Both the position numbers and the translations under genes were made by a program. Shown here piece by piece: positions 52,298-64,000 of a DNA stretch of 64,000 bases. Source of the stretch: Mobula hypostoma (lineage: Eukaryota); NCBI RefSeq assembly GCF_963921235.1, contig NC_086097.1, positions 190,838,001 to 190,902,000 on the forward strand, read 5' to 3'. A model generated the notes under the pieces. It was not told where the DNA came from and ran no database searches. It worked only from the letters and a program-made list of their open reading frames with translations. Position 1 is the stretch's first letter; every line of letters starts with the position of its first letter.

Positions 52298-55175
52298 GAA
52301 TCAGAATCAGATTTATTATCACCAGCATGTGACGTGAATTTGTCAACTTAGCAGCAGCAGTTCAATGCAATGCATAATCTAGCAGAGAAAAAAATAATCA
52401 TAATAACTAGAATTAAAAAAATAAACAAATAAATCAAATATGTATATTGAATAGATTTTTTAAAAGCGTGCAAAAACATAAATAGCGTATTTTTTTAAAA
52501 AGTGAGGTTGTGTTCATGGGTTCAATGTCCATTTAGGAATCAGATAGCAGAGGGGAAGAAGCTGTTCCTGAATCACTGAGTGTGTGCCTTCAGGCTACTG
52601 TATCTCCTACCTGATGGTAACAGTGAGAAAAGGGCATGCCCTGCGTGCTGGAGGTCCTTACTAATGGATGCTACCTTTCTGAGACACCGCTCCCTGAAGA
52701 TGTCTGGGTACTTTGTAGGCTAGTACCCAAGATGGAGCTGACTAGATTTACAACCTTCTGCAGCTTCTTTCAGTCCTGTGCAGTAGCCCTTCCATACCAG
52801 AGAGTGATGCAGCCTGTCAGAATGCTCTCCACGGGACAACTATAGAAGTTTTTGAGTGTATTTGTTGACATGCCAAATCTCTTCAAACTCCTAATAAAGA
52901 ATTACTGCTGTCTTGCCTTCTTTATAACTGCAACGATATGTTGGGACCAGATTAGATCATCAGAGATCTCGATACTCAGGAACGTGAAGCTGCTCACTCT
53001 CTCCACTTCTGATCCCTCTATGAGGATTGGTATGTGTTCCTTCGTCTTACCCTTCCTGAAGTCCACAATTAGCTCTTTCGTCTTACTGATGTTGAGTGCC
53101 AGATTTTTGCTGCAGCACCACTCCTCGAGTTAGAATATCTCATCACCACCTGATGTTCCACCAACAATGGTTGTATCGTCAGCAAATTTATAGAAGGAAT
53201 TTGAGCTATGCCTAGCCACACAATCATGTGTATAGAGAGAGTTGAGCAGTGGGCTAAGCACACACCCCTGGGGTGCACCAGTGTTGATCATCAGCAAGGA
53301 AGATATGTTATCACCAATCCGCACAGAGTGCGGTCTTCCAGTTAGGAAGTCGAGGATCCAACTGCAGAGGAAGGTACAGAGGCAACTTTTCTGCAACTTT
53401 TCAATCACGATTGTGGGAATGATGGTATTAAATGCTGAGCTATAGTTGATGAACAGCGTCCTGACGTAGGTGTTTGTGTTGTCCAGGTGGTCTAAAGCTG
53501 TGTGGAGAGCCATTGAGATTGCATCTGCCATTGGACTATTGTTGTGAAATTGCAATGGGTCCAGGTCCTTGCTGAGGCAAGGGTTCAGACTAGTCATGAC
53601 CAACCTCGCAAAGCATTTCATCACTGTGCTACTAGGTGATAGTCATTAAGGCAGCCCACATTATTCTTCTTAGGTACTTGTATAATCGTTGCCTTTTTGA
53701 GGCAACTGGGAACTTCTGCCCGTAGCAGTGAGAGGTTGAAAATGTTCTTGAATGCTCCTGCTAGCTGGTTGGCGCAGGTTTTCAGAGCCTTACCAGGTAC
53801 TCCATCGGGACCTTCCGCCTTGCGAGAGTTTACTCTCTTTGAATACAGCCTAACATCGGCCTCTGAGATGGAGATCACAGGGTCATCAAGTGCAGCAGGG
53901 ATCTTCACAGCTGCAGTTGTGCTCTCCCTTTCAAAGCGTGCATGGAAGGTGTTGAGTTCATCTGATAGTGAAGCATTGCTGCCATTCATGCTATTGGGTT
54001 TCACTTTGTAGGAAGTAATGTCTTGCAAACCCTTCCAGAGTTGCCGTGCATTCGACATCGCCTCCAACCTCGTTCAAAATGTCTCTTCACCCTTGAAATA
54101 GCCCTCCGCAAACAATACCTAGTTTTCTGGTACAGGCCTGGGTCGCTAGACTTGAATGCCACAGATCTAGCCATCTAGCCTTCAACAGGCAATGTACCTT
54201 TTGGTTCATCCATGGCTTTTGGTTTGGGAATGTACAGTAATTCATTGTGGGCACACACTCATCCACACAGGTTTTAAAGAAGTCAGTAACAACTGGAGCA
54301 TGATCATCCAGGTTCAAAGATGAATACCTGAATACAGTCCAGTCCACTGATTCAAAGCAGTCCTATAGGCGCTGCTGTGCTTCTCTTGTCCAAACCTTCT
54401 TGGTCCTCACTACTGGTGCTGCTGTCTTCAGTCTCTGCCTATATTCAGGGAGTAGAAGTACAGCTAGGTGATCAGAATTCCTGATGTGAAGGTGTGGAAT
54501 AGCGCAGTAGGCATTCTTGATGGTGGTGTAACAATAGTCCAGTGCATTGTTTCCTCTGGTATTGCAAGTAATCTATTGATGGTAGTTGCTTCCTGATTTT
54601 TTCAGACTGGCCAAAAGAATGGTGAAGGTGTTAGGGTGCACTGTTTCCTGCATGTTGATCCCATTGTTCAGGTCATCTAAAGCCTGCTTGACATTGGCCT
54701 GAGGTGGAATGTAAACTGCTGCCAAGATAACCCCGGAGAACTCCCATGGTAGGTAAAAAGGACAGCACTTTATTGCTAAGTATTCCAGGTCTGGTGAGCA
54801 TAATTGGGACAGAACTGATATATTCATGCACCAAGAAGAGTTGATCATGAGACATACTCCTCCACCTCTGCTTTTGAGAGACTCTATAGATCTTTCCTGA
54901 CGGTGTATAGTAAACCCGTCAATCTGGATCGCTGCATCCAGTATGAAAGGGATTAACCAGGATTCTGTGATCCTATTGTCCCTCTGAGTCAGCACCCTGG
55001 CTCTGAGATGATCGAATGTATTCACCAGAGACTGCACATTTTCCAGCAAGATTATCAGTATAGGGAGTTTAAAACTCCGTTTCCTTAAACACACTTGTAA
55101 CCCTCATCTACACCCGTGCTTCTGCCGAGGTGTCCTCCATGGGCGCTTCCTACCACAATTGGTGTTGTTTTGGTC
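52298..55175 (-). mobile_element. Rex1/Babar LINE, nearly complete pseudogene
   Basis: ORFs 54573-55094 (APE: NVQSL, TESW, RGGGVC, VYIPP), 53621-54067 and 53130-53624 (RT, KFADDTT); (ATTCTG)n tail. Confidence 0.95.
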
Positions 55176-55187
55176 TGTTTGTAGAAT

Positions 55188-55952
55188 ATTGTTGGTGGAA
55201 TATCAGGTGGTGATGAGATATTCTAACTCGAGGAGTGGTGCTGCAGCAACAACCTGGCACTCAACATCAGTAAGACAAAGAGCTGACTGTGGATTTCAGG
55301 AAGGGTAAGATGAAGGAACACATACCAATCCTCATAGAGGGATCAGAAGTGGAGAGAGTGAACAGTTTCAAGTTCCTGGGTGTCAAGATCTCTGAGGATC
55401 TAACCTGGTCCCAACATATCACTGTTGTCATACAGAAGGCAAGGCAGTGGCTATACTTTATTAGGAGTTTGAAGCAATTTGGAATGTCAATAAATACACT
55501 CAAAAACTTCGATAGTTGTTCTGTGGAGAGCATTCTGACAGGCTGCATCACTATCTGGTATGGAGGGGCTACTGCACAGGACCAAAAGAAGCTGCAGAAT
55601 GTTGTAAATCTTGTCAGCTCCATCTTGGGCACTAGCCTACAAAGTACCTAGGACTTCTTTAGGGAGCAATGTCTCAGAAAGGTAGCGTCCATTATTAAAA
55701 AACTCCAGCACCCAGGGCATGCCCTTTTCTCACTATTACCATCAGAAGCCTGAAGGCACACATTCAGCGATTCAGGAACAGTTTTTAATAATCTATTCAA
55801 TATACATAATTGATTTACTTGTTTATTCATTATTATGTTTTATTTTATTTATTACTATTATTATTTTCTTTCTCTGCTGGATTATGCTGCTGCTAAGTTA
55901 ACAAATTTCACGAGACATGTCGGTGATAATAAACCTGATTCTGATTCTGATT
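55188..55952 (+). mobile_element. Rex1/Babar 3' part, inverted relative to 52298-53168
   Basis: FKFLGV.ISEDLTWS.H, ESILTGCI..WYG; tail aataaacctgattctgattctga. Confidence 0.95.
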
Positions 55953-57439
55953 TTATTGATCCATGTCAAATACCCTTCAGGAAGGTATTGTACTGTTGTG
56001 TCAGGCCTGAAGAAACTATCAGGGTTAGAAACAACAAACATGTGTACACAGTTGAAGAATTTGCGCACTTTGTTTCTCAGTAATGAACCTGGACTCCATG
56101 ACAATGTGAGTAACAATATCAGTCCTTCAACTGAAATAAAAATGTTGGCAAAGATATTATGTTTTATTCAGTATATTAAATACTGACTCAAATACTTCGA
56201 CTTGAAAGCTCTTATTAACAGTCTAAGGGCTATCAATCTTCCACATACATGTAATAATATTATGACAATAACTGTTTACCCTCCTCCCAGTTATATTACA
56301 GCATGTGAAGCCTTATTTACTTCACAACAACAGCACTGTCAATAATGAAGTAGTATTGGCTGCCTTTAGAGCTAGTTAGATCCACTGGAATTTTGCCAGT
56401 TCCAGCATAAGTTAAAATAAATGCTGTTCCGAACTACAATCTGGAGGATAGGTGATGTTTCTGCTTACTAAGGCAAATAAGGAATAGATTTAACAACAAA
56501 ACATATTTTATTAATAGTAGTCAGCTCTCAACTATCAGCACTGGCTCATTCAATAATATATTATATGAACATAGAAACATGTGAATGAAGACCAGCCTAC
56601 TTGGCTTCTGAAGCCTATGTGGCCATTTGATATGGTCATGTGATCTTCAATGGCACCTGTTTATGTCATTGTTCAAGTGAGTGACCACAATGGTGTTCAC
56701 ATTAATCGTATCTTTGACAACTGCTCAAACTGCTTGATAATGTCCATCACTCTAGTCCCAATGGAACAGCAGCCACAGAAACACTGCCATATATTAAAAA
56801 GTCAATGTTGAATGTCTCAAAGCTCTTTTCAGACAGCACCTCACAAGTAAACTGATAACTCCCAACCAACAGCAGCCACAGCATGTCTGTCCAATGTGTG
56901 TCAACTGTTCTTAGGTCTGCCATAATTAGCAACTATGAAGAGATTCTTAGCTTTGCGACCAGAAAACATTCTAGAATGGTTTAACCAGATCAAACAGCTA
57001 GACAACTGCAAACCCAGGGCATTTTTGAATTCAAGGCCACTTCTCATTACAGGGAAAAGAAACACGATTTCACATGCACCAGAAGGTTTAAGACCAATGA
57101 AACATTTGTGTCTAAAAATCAAAGGATGTTGGGTTGAAGTAGTACTGGGGATTCAGCAACTAGCTCATAGTTAGAACACATACAGATTCTGCAATGCTGC
57201 TATGATTACCTATTGTCTAAACACCCAAGGGTCTGCCAAGTAGAGGTGAGAACTGAGGACAGCATAGACAAGACAGGTAGGAGGTAAGCAGCACTGGAAG
57301 GAGCATTTGTCAGAACTCCCAAGCAAAGACTCTAGTCGAGGCATGAGCACCTTTAACTCAGTCCCTCAGCAAGTTCTTTGACCCAGCCTCTCTTCTATAG
57401 GGAATTGAAGTGCTATATTTCATGGAAGTCCATTGATTG

Positions 57440-57778
57440 ATATACGTATACAGCAATGAAACAGACCCTTCAGTCCAACTCATCCAGGGGGACCAATATG
57501 CATTTCTATACATATCTCATATGCCTGAATTTAGACTATATTCATCTACTCCCTTCCTGTCTGTGTACCTATTCAGGTCTTTTAAGAAAATATTTTAAAC
57601 ATTGTAATTGTATTTGCTTTTACTACCTCCTCTTACAACTTATTCAATATACATATCACCCTCTGCATGAAAAAACCTGCCTCTCAGATCCCATTTAAAT
57701 CTTTTCCCTCTCATCTGAAACCTATATCCTCCAATTTGTGACTCCCCTACCCTTAAGGAAAAATTTATCACTATCTAT
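57440..57778 (-). mobile_element. CR1 3' fragment
   Basis: acagcaatgaaacagacccttcagtccaac reverse tail; ttaaatcttttccctctca. Confidence 0.7.
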
Positions 57779-58192
57779 TGAAAAGCTCATGGCAGTAGAG
57801 GAATTTCTGCTCCCAAGAATATAATTTGATTGAAAGGAACTTCAGACAGCTCATCTTCACATTTGGAAAGTGATGATGTGGCAGTTGACTTCAGAATACT
57901 TGGATGTGTGACAATCTTCAAGAAAGGAATGGAATCTTTCTAGGATCACCACTAAGAGATCTCCTTATGATCTACTTCTTTGCAAGGGTCCACCTCAAGT
58001 GCTGGTTTGAATGGTGAAAATGGATTCTATCCATGACCTTTGCCAAGTAGAATATGAGCAGCTCTGACCACAATACATAGCCTCACAAAATGTTGCTACT
58101 CATCTCCAATGTACAAACGTACTTTTTGCTAAAATGAAGCTATGATGAGTGGGAAATTGTTCAGTCTAAATCTCTAGAAATAAGGTCTATCA

Positions 58193-58700
58193 CAGAACAT
58201 AGAACACAGAACAGTACAGCTCAGGAACAGGTCCTTTGGCCCACAATGTTGTGCTGAAACAATTAAATTAGTTTAGTTAGCCATTTCATTATTAATCTCT
58301 TCTGCCTACAGAATGTCCATGTCCTTCCATTTCCTCACATTCATATCCCTACCTAAACATCTCTTAAAACTCTTTAATGTTTCTGTCTCTACCATTACCT
58401 CAGGCAGCGCATTCCAGGCATCCACCCTGTAAAAAACTTGCCCCTCACATCTCCTTTGAGATTACCCTCTCTCACCTTTAATGCATGCTGTCTGGTGTTA
58501 GACCTTTCAAGCCTTGGAAAAAAGACATTGTCTGTCTACTCTATCCTATGCCTCTCTTAAACATCTACCAGATTTCCCCTCAGCCTCCACAACACTAGAG
58601 AAAACAACTCAAGTTTGTCCAACCTCCTATTATAGCACATCATCTAATTCATGCAACGTCCTGGTAAACCTCTTCTGCACCCTCTCCAAAGTCTCGGCAT
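58193..58700 (-). mobile_element. CR1 3' fragment
   Basis: (cayagaa)n reverse tail, ttggcccacaatgttgtgc; homologous to the reverse of 5300-5766. Confidence 0.8.
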
Positions 58701-58704
58701 GCTT

Positions 58705-58988
58705 CCATTCCAATCCTATTTTATCTTCCCCACATGGCAGTCAACTCCCTCCAGATTCTACTCCTGTCCTACACACAATTAAGGAAAGCTACCATGGCCA
58801 GCAAACCTACCAGCCTGCATGTTTTTAGGATGTAGGAGTAGGTCAGAACACCTGGAGTAAACCCTTGCAGTCACAGATGAACATACAGACTCCACACATA
58901 CAGAAACAGAGGTCTGGATTCTGTGAGACAGGGGGTGTTGCTGCAGTATGAGACAACAATTCTACCAGATGCTCCACCATGCTGCCCG
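58705..58988 (-). mobile_element. V-domain tRNA-SINE
   Basis: cacctggagtaaaccc...gaacatacagactccacaca and reversed head tctaccagatgctccaccatgctgcc. Confidence 0.7.
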
Positions 58989-60795
58989 AATAACATCTTT
59001 TATAATATTGTAAGGAGTATTTGGAAGCCCAGTATTGAAGGTGAGAGAAGTGCACCATCTCCCAAGCCACCTACTGCCTGCCCTATTGAGTACAACCAGT
59101 TCCACCCATGTTAGAGTCCGTGGGTTCTACATTAGCCTCATCAGTCATTCCAAACAATGCAAAACTAAGGTAGAAATCACCATCCTTGACCCAGTGGGAC
59201 CACCAAAGGAAAAGTGGAAGAATCTGTACATTTGATAGCAGTAGCTGAGAGAACAGTTAGAAACAAGGCACAATGTGAATGTGATCATAAATTGTAAAAG
59301 GTCTAAAATCTAATCAAAATGACTGATTGTTTTGCCCAAGGGTCGCTGGTTCCAATCTCCCACCTCTGACAGCCAGAGAAGCTGAACAACCATTAATCTT
59401 CAGTACTTACTTACTCTTAGAGTCGTCAGCAACTCAGTTAGTGGAGGACCACCTCAATTCATCTCTATCTCCATGATGTTCTGAGTTATGCACAAGGAAA
59501 AGACTAAGTGAGGGGAAGCATTTGCTCACTCTGTAATGAGGTTTATTTGGTGAGAGTGACTTTTAGAGAGAGGAATAAAATGGAATATTAATCAGTGATG
59601 TGTAAAACAGGATGAAGGGAGAAATGTAATTATGATGATCTTTTCTAATCGAATGAAGTTATAATGGTATATATTGCTCTGAAACCAGGAAGGCGGAACA
59701 ATTGCCTTCCTGGTCATTTCCTCAGTCACATCATTTGCTGCAGCAGCAATTTCCTTATTCCCATTTGCTGAATAACACATCCACATCTATCACCTCATTG
59801 CCTCCTACAGCTTGGAATCATACAGAAGCACAGGGTCATATGTCCATGTTCTTCATACTTCCAAGTTCCATCTTTGGATTCATCCTTGTAAAGCACCAGT
59901 AGTGGAGTCAGGCAGGTAAGTCCTCATGAATACTGTCACTTCTTAAAGTTGGATACAAGGTATGTGCCTCTGTTTAAATCTCGAAAGAGAATTGTCATGA
60001 CGATTGCCAATGAGTACACCACCAGCTTATTAATGGGTCCAATGAGAAACCAAAACCATTGCAAATTTTCTGCACTAACATAACTTCCAAGTTGCTTTGC
60101 AACAATAATTCTGTAATTAGAATACGATTAAAGCTGTTGATTAATTACAGAACTTGAAGATCAAATTGTGTGTGATGTTTTATTCAGAAACTCTTTGATC
60201 CGCTAGGCTCCAAACACTATATGGTGGTGTAAAGAAAGAAATATTCAACTGAAAGAAATGCTCACAGGAATAGACGCCATATTTTCTAACTGAAATGAAT
60301 TGGAAAAGACCTGTCAGAATGTATAAGGCACCTCCAAATCTCTTTACTAGATTTTCACTTTTCCTCTTTTATCAAGGTTGTAATAAGCAGTGGTAATTAA
60401 AAGCAGTTAATACTATGATTCTAGTATAGCAAAGCTGGGAATATATGGAATATAGCTGATCAGGTCTGAACAGTAGACTGTACTACTGCAGTGAAATTCC
60501 GTTGCTATTTGATGACAGAGTATAACTCAAAAAGATTTATTTCATTGCAAATTTTACCTGGCTGTCCAGAAGTGAAATAAATTTTGTAGCATCTCCAACA
60601 ATGCAGGTTGTGATGAATGGAAAGAGTAGGGTTAATTATGGTATTGCCAACTTTTGTAATTTTGTTCATGATTTACTGACAGAAAGAAAGATGAATTTGC
60701 TGCCTTCCTCTTTTCTAATCTCGTGAGTCACACACATTAAATAATAGTCAAAATCAAAAATCAAGACTAATTAAGTTATATTTTAGTAACAGCAC

Positions 60796-61649
60796 TGTCA
60801 CGTGATCAGCAACAATGAATATATCGAGTCAGGATTTATAAACAAACCAACATTTATTAAACCCTGATAAACAATGAAAAAAAACCAGAAACTCTAACTG
60901 GAAGTAAATAGCTATGTGGCCATTCATTAAACCGTTACTCAGTACTAGTCCTTAAAGTGATAAATGCGAAACCAGTTCTTAAAGCGATAAATTCAAACAC
61001 AGTTCCTCGAATGGTAAATTTTAAGTCCAAGAGATTTGTATAGTCAATTAGGAGAGAAATTTCATGAAGTAACGAATTCCTTGAAGACACGTCACTGGCA
61101 CTCCCAGTCGGATCCTGCCTTGTCCACAGGATTCACGGCGACGGAAATAAAACGGTTTTAAAGGCACTGACCTTCCTCCTCCGAAGAATAGATCCTGCAC
61201 AGCCTTTTCTGCTTCCTTTTTAGCAGAGGCAATCTCATGCAGATCACTTTCTTGAACAAATTCAATAATGGTCGATCCTTTCCAAACCCATTAAACGTCT
61301 CCTTCAGGGTCCCGTCTTCACTCTCCAATGTTACGGAAAAGTTTCATTAACAAACCTGGCAGTGATTGGTCAAACTACTGGCTCAGACTTCTGACAATGA
61401 CATTAGAACATAAAACTCTGTTTAAAATCAAAACTGCATCATAATGCAAATAAGCAGCGGAGCGGTGTATCTCATGGACGTTCTAACTGGAAAACTAACT
61501 GCATCACCAGGGGTCTTCCCTTTTATACCTGTGGTGAACATGTCATCACGTGACCTCATATCAGCAGGAAAACTACATCAGGTGACCTCCAAAAGACCAT
61601 TACATCATTCTCACAAGAAAGTCACAAGATCTCCTTGAGGTATGTAACA
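60796..61649 (-). mobile_element. Solo LTR, 854 bp
   Basis: TGTCAC...GTAACA termini, 4-bp TSD GCAC (60792-60795 and 61650-61653), TATAAAA (61521-61527) and AATAAA (60853-60858) on the - strand. Confidence 0.75.
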
Positions 61650-62524
61650 GCACAATAAACAATTGGTCTCTTTTCATTGCTTCTGATATTTTTATCTAGA
61701 ATTAAAATAAGACTATTTTTTATGCAGTAGCAAAATATTAAAATGCATGTACTTTATTTATTATGTTGCCTTCAACGTTTATAACAATCTTAACATATTT
61801 AAGTTTCGATCTTAGGATTTGGTCTAAAATGCTGACTTTTCTTAAGATGTCAAAAGTATCTTAAATGATTTAGTGAGGAAAATTTTCAAGGATTCATATT
61901 ATTAAAAGAAAGTGAATTTATTAGAGCGAAAATAAAAATTTCCAATTTATTTTAAAAGGAAAATAACAATGTATGTTGAGACAATGATGCATGTTTTGAC
62001 TGTTAGCAAAATGTTTTTTTTTGCCTTTAAAGTCTGTTTTCCCAAGCACATGATATTTTTGGGAAAGAAACTTGAAAAAAGCATATTTTGATATTTCGCT
62101 ATTATGCAATCACAAGTTTTCAAAACATGAACACATAATTCAGTAAAGCATATCAATTCAGTCAGTAAAATGGGATCAGTGTAGTTCCCCTTGTGAATCA
62201 GTACAGAGCTTGCAACAATCGTATCATTGCCAAGTGAGCTACTGGGAAATGAGTCAGTGCGAAAGAACACCCCCTCCCAATAATTGTCACAGTGCAGTGT
62301 CTGGAAAAGACTGCTATGGAGGGGAGGATAAACAGGCAAGGAGTGGGAACATCATCCTCTCAAGCGCAACGGGAGCCACTCCCCCCAGCAGCCTGTATGG
62401 CTTCCACCCATTGAATCAGCTGAGCCAACATATTGATATGAGAATACGTAATTCAGAAAAATAATGCTGCAGTAAACACAAATCTTTTAATTCTTGTGAT
62501 ATTTTGGAACACGATTAATAAAAA

Positions 62525-63340
62525 ACATTGAATTGACATTATTTCTTACATCGTTCACATACATGAGGAGTAAAAATCTTTAAGTTACGTCTCCATCTAA
62601 ATGTGCCATGTGCAATCAGAGTAATTTATAATAATTTATAATAAATAGAGCAGTCAATACACTCAAATCAGCATGAGTTCATCAGTCTGATGGCCTGGTG
62701 AAAGAAGTTGTCCTGGAGTCTGTTGGTCCTGGCTTTTATGCTGTGGTACCACTTCTGGGATGGTAGCAACTGGAATAGATTGTGGTCGGGATGTCTTGGG
62801 TCCCCAATGATCCTATAGGCCCTTTTTACACAGCTGTCCTTGTAAATGTCCGGAATCATAGGAAGTTCACAACTACGGATGTGCTGGGCTGTCTGCTCCA
62901 CTCTCTGCAGAGACCTGCGATTAAGGGAAGTACAATTCCCATACCAGGCAGTGATACAGCCAGTCAGGATGCTCTCAGTTGTGCCCTGTAGAGGTGCTAT
63001 TGTGCCTTTTCCACCACACAGCTGGTGTATACAAGTCACATGAGATCCTTGGTGACATGGATGTGAGGAACTTGAAGCTGTTTACCCTCTAAACCCCAGA
63101 TCCATCGATGTCAATAGAGGTTAGCCCGTCTTCATTTCTCCTGTAATCCATAACCGGCTCCTTTGTTTTTGTGACATTCAGGAAGAGGTCACAAAACCAC
63201 TGTGGGCCACCTTGTTATTGTTTGAGATAAGGCCAATCAATGTAGTGTCATCGGCAAATTTAATTAGCAGATTGGAGCTGTGGGTGACGATACAGTCATG
63301 GGTATACAGGGAGTAAAGGAGGGGACTCAGTACACAGCCC
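62525..63340 (-). mobile_element. Rex1/Babar LINE 3' part, (CAATT)n-tail family, internally deleted
   Basis: ESILTGCITAWYGNC...LLPS...ARTNRLQDNFFHQAIRL; homologous to 34484-35240 and 23640-23760. Confidence 0.92.
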
Positions 63341-63404
63341 ATTACATTATATGCAGATTTCCTGAGATATAGTGAATTATTCTAAACGATGAAGTTCACT
63401 TCCC

Positions 63405-64000
63405 GGAAGACCATTAGACATAGGAGAAAAATTAGGCCATTTGGCCCATTGAGTCTACGCCACATTCAATTATGGCTGATTCTTTTCTCCCCCTCCTCAG
63501 CCCCACTCACCAATCTTCCCTTTGTAACCTCTGAAGCTGTGTCCAGTCAAGAACCTATCAAGCTCTGCCATAAATATAGCCAACAACCCGACCTCCCCAG
63601 CTGCCTGTGGTAGTAAATTCCACAAATTCACCACTCTCTGGCTAAAGAAATGTTTCCGCATCTCTGAGATAAATAAATGGTCCTCTATCCTGAGCCTGTG
63701 CCCTCTTGTCCTAGACTCTCCCACCATGGGAAGCATCCTTTCTGCATCTACTCTGTCTAGGCCTTTCAACATTCAAAAGGTTTCAATGAGATCTCCCCTC
63801 ATCCTTCTGAATTCCAGCGAGTACAGACGCAGAGCTATGAGACATTCCTCATAGGATAACCCTATCATTCCCGGAATCATCTTTGTGAACCTCCCCTGAA
63901 CCCTCTCAAATGCCAGCACATCTTTTCTTAAATGAGGAGCCCAAAACTATTCACAATACTCAAGGTGAGGCCTCACGGTGCTTTATAAAGCCTCAGCATC
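63405..64000 (-). mobile_element. CR1 3' part, running off the window end
   Basis: LKGLDRVD...SRTRGH.L...FFSQRVVNLWN.LP; reverse tail agacataggagaaaaattaggccat. Confidence 0.93.

Larger units (their letters stand above)
56690..59215 (+). mobile_element. Old RTE/BovB-like LINE remnant, interrupted by CR1 and SINE pieces
   Basis: FATRKH..WF and L.IKGCWVE...IQQLAHS resemble RTE ORF segments; 59110-59215 resembles the RTE 3' end (IGLISH-like, catccttgacccagtgggaccaccaaagga). Confidence 0.55.

Noticed and set aside
1..64000. CRISPR array, prokaryotic retron or defence system, rRNA
   Set aside because: No repeat-spacer array or operon-like gene density; all RT motifs belong to eukaryotic retrotransposon clades.

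Overview
Vertebrate non-coding DNA dominated by decayed retrotransposons. The repeat set (CR1, Rex1/Babar, RTE, V-domain tRNA-SINEs, Penelope-like elements) suggests a cartilaginous fish, possibly a ray; this is inference, not shown directly. No host protein-coding gene, RNA gene or CRISPR array can be supported. The centre (about 21.2-35.7 kb) is a four-level nest: an RTE LINE is split by a + strand Rex1/Babar fragment, which is split by a near full-length - strand Rex1/Babar LINE. That LINE carries three insertions, each with a readable target-site duplication (TSD): a complete Tf1/sushi-type chromodomain Gypsy element with a self-priming PBS, a Penelope-like element ending in an intact minimal hammerhead ribozyme, and a 477-bp CpG-rich non-coding retroposon. 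Also present are two solo LTRs, a non-autonomous Helitron, head-to-head palindromes of Penelope termini, and two inverted Rex copies sharing the same inactivating lesions. Boundaries without a TSD are approximate, and family calls come from motif recognition by eye, not database searches.
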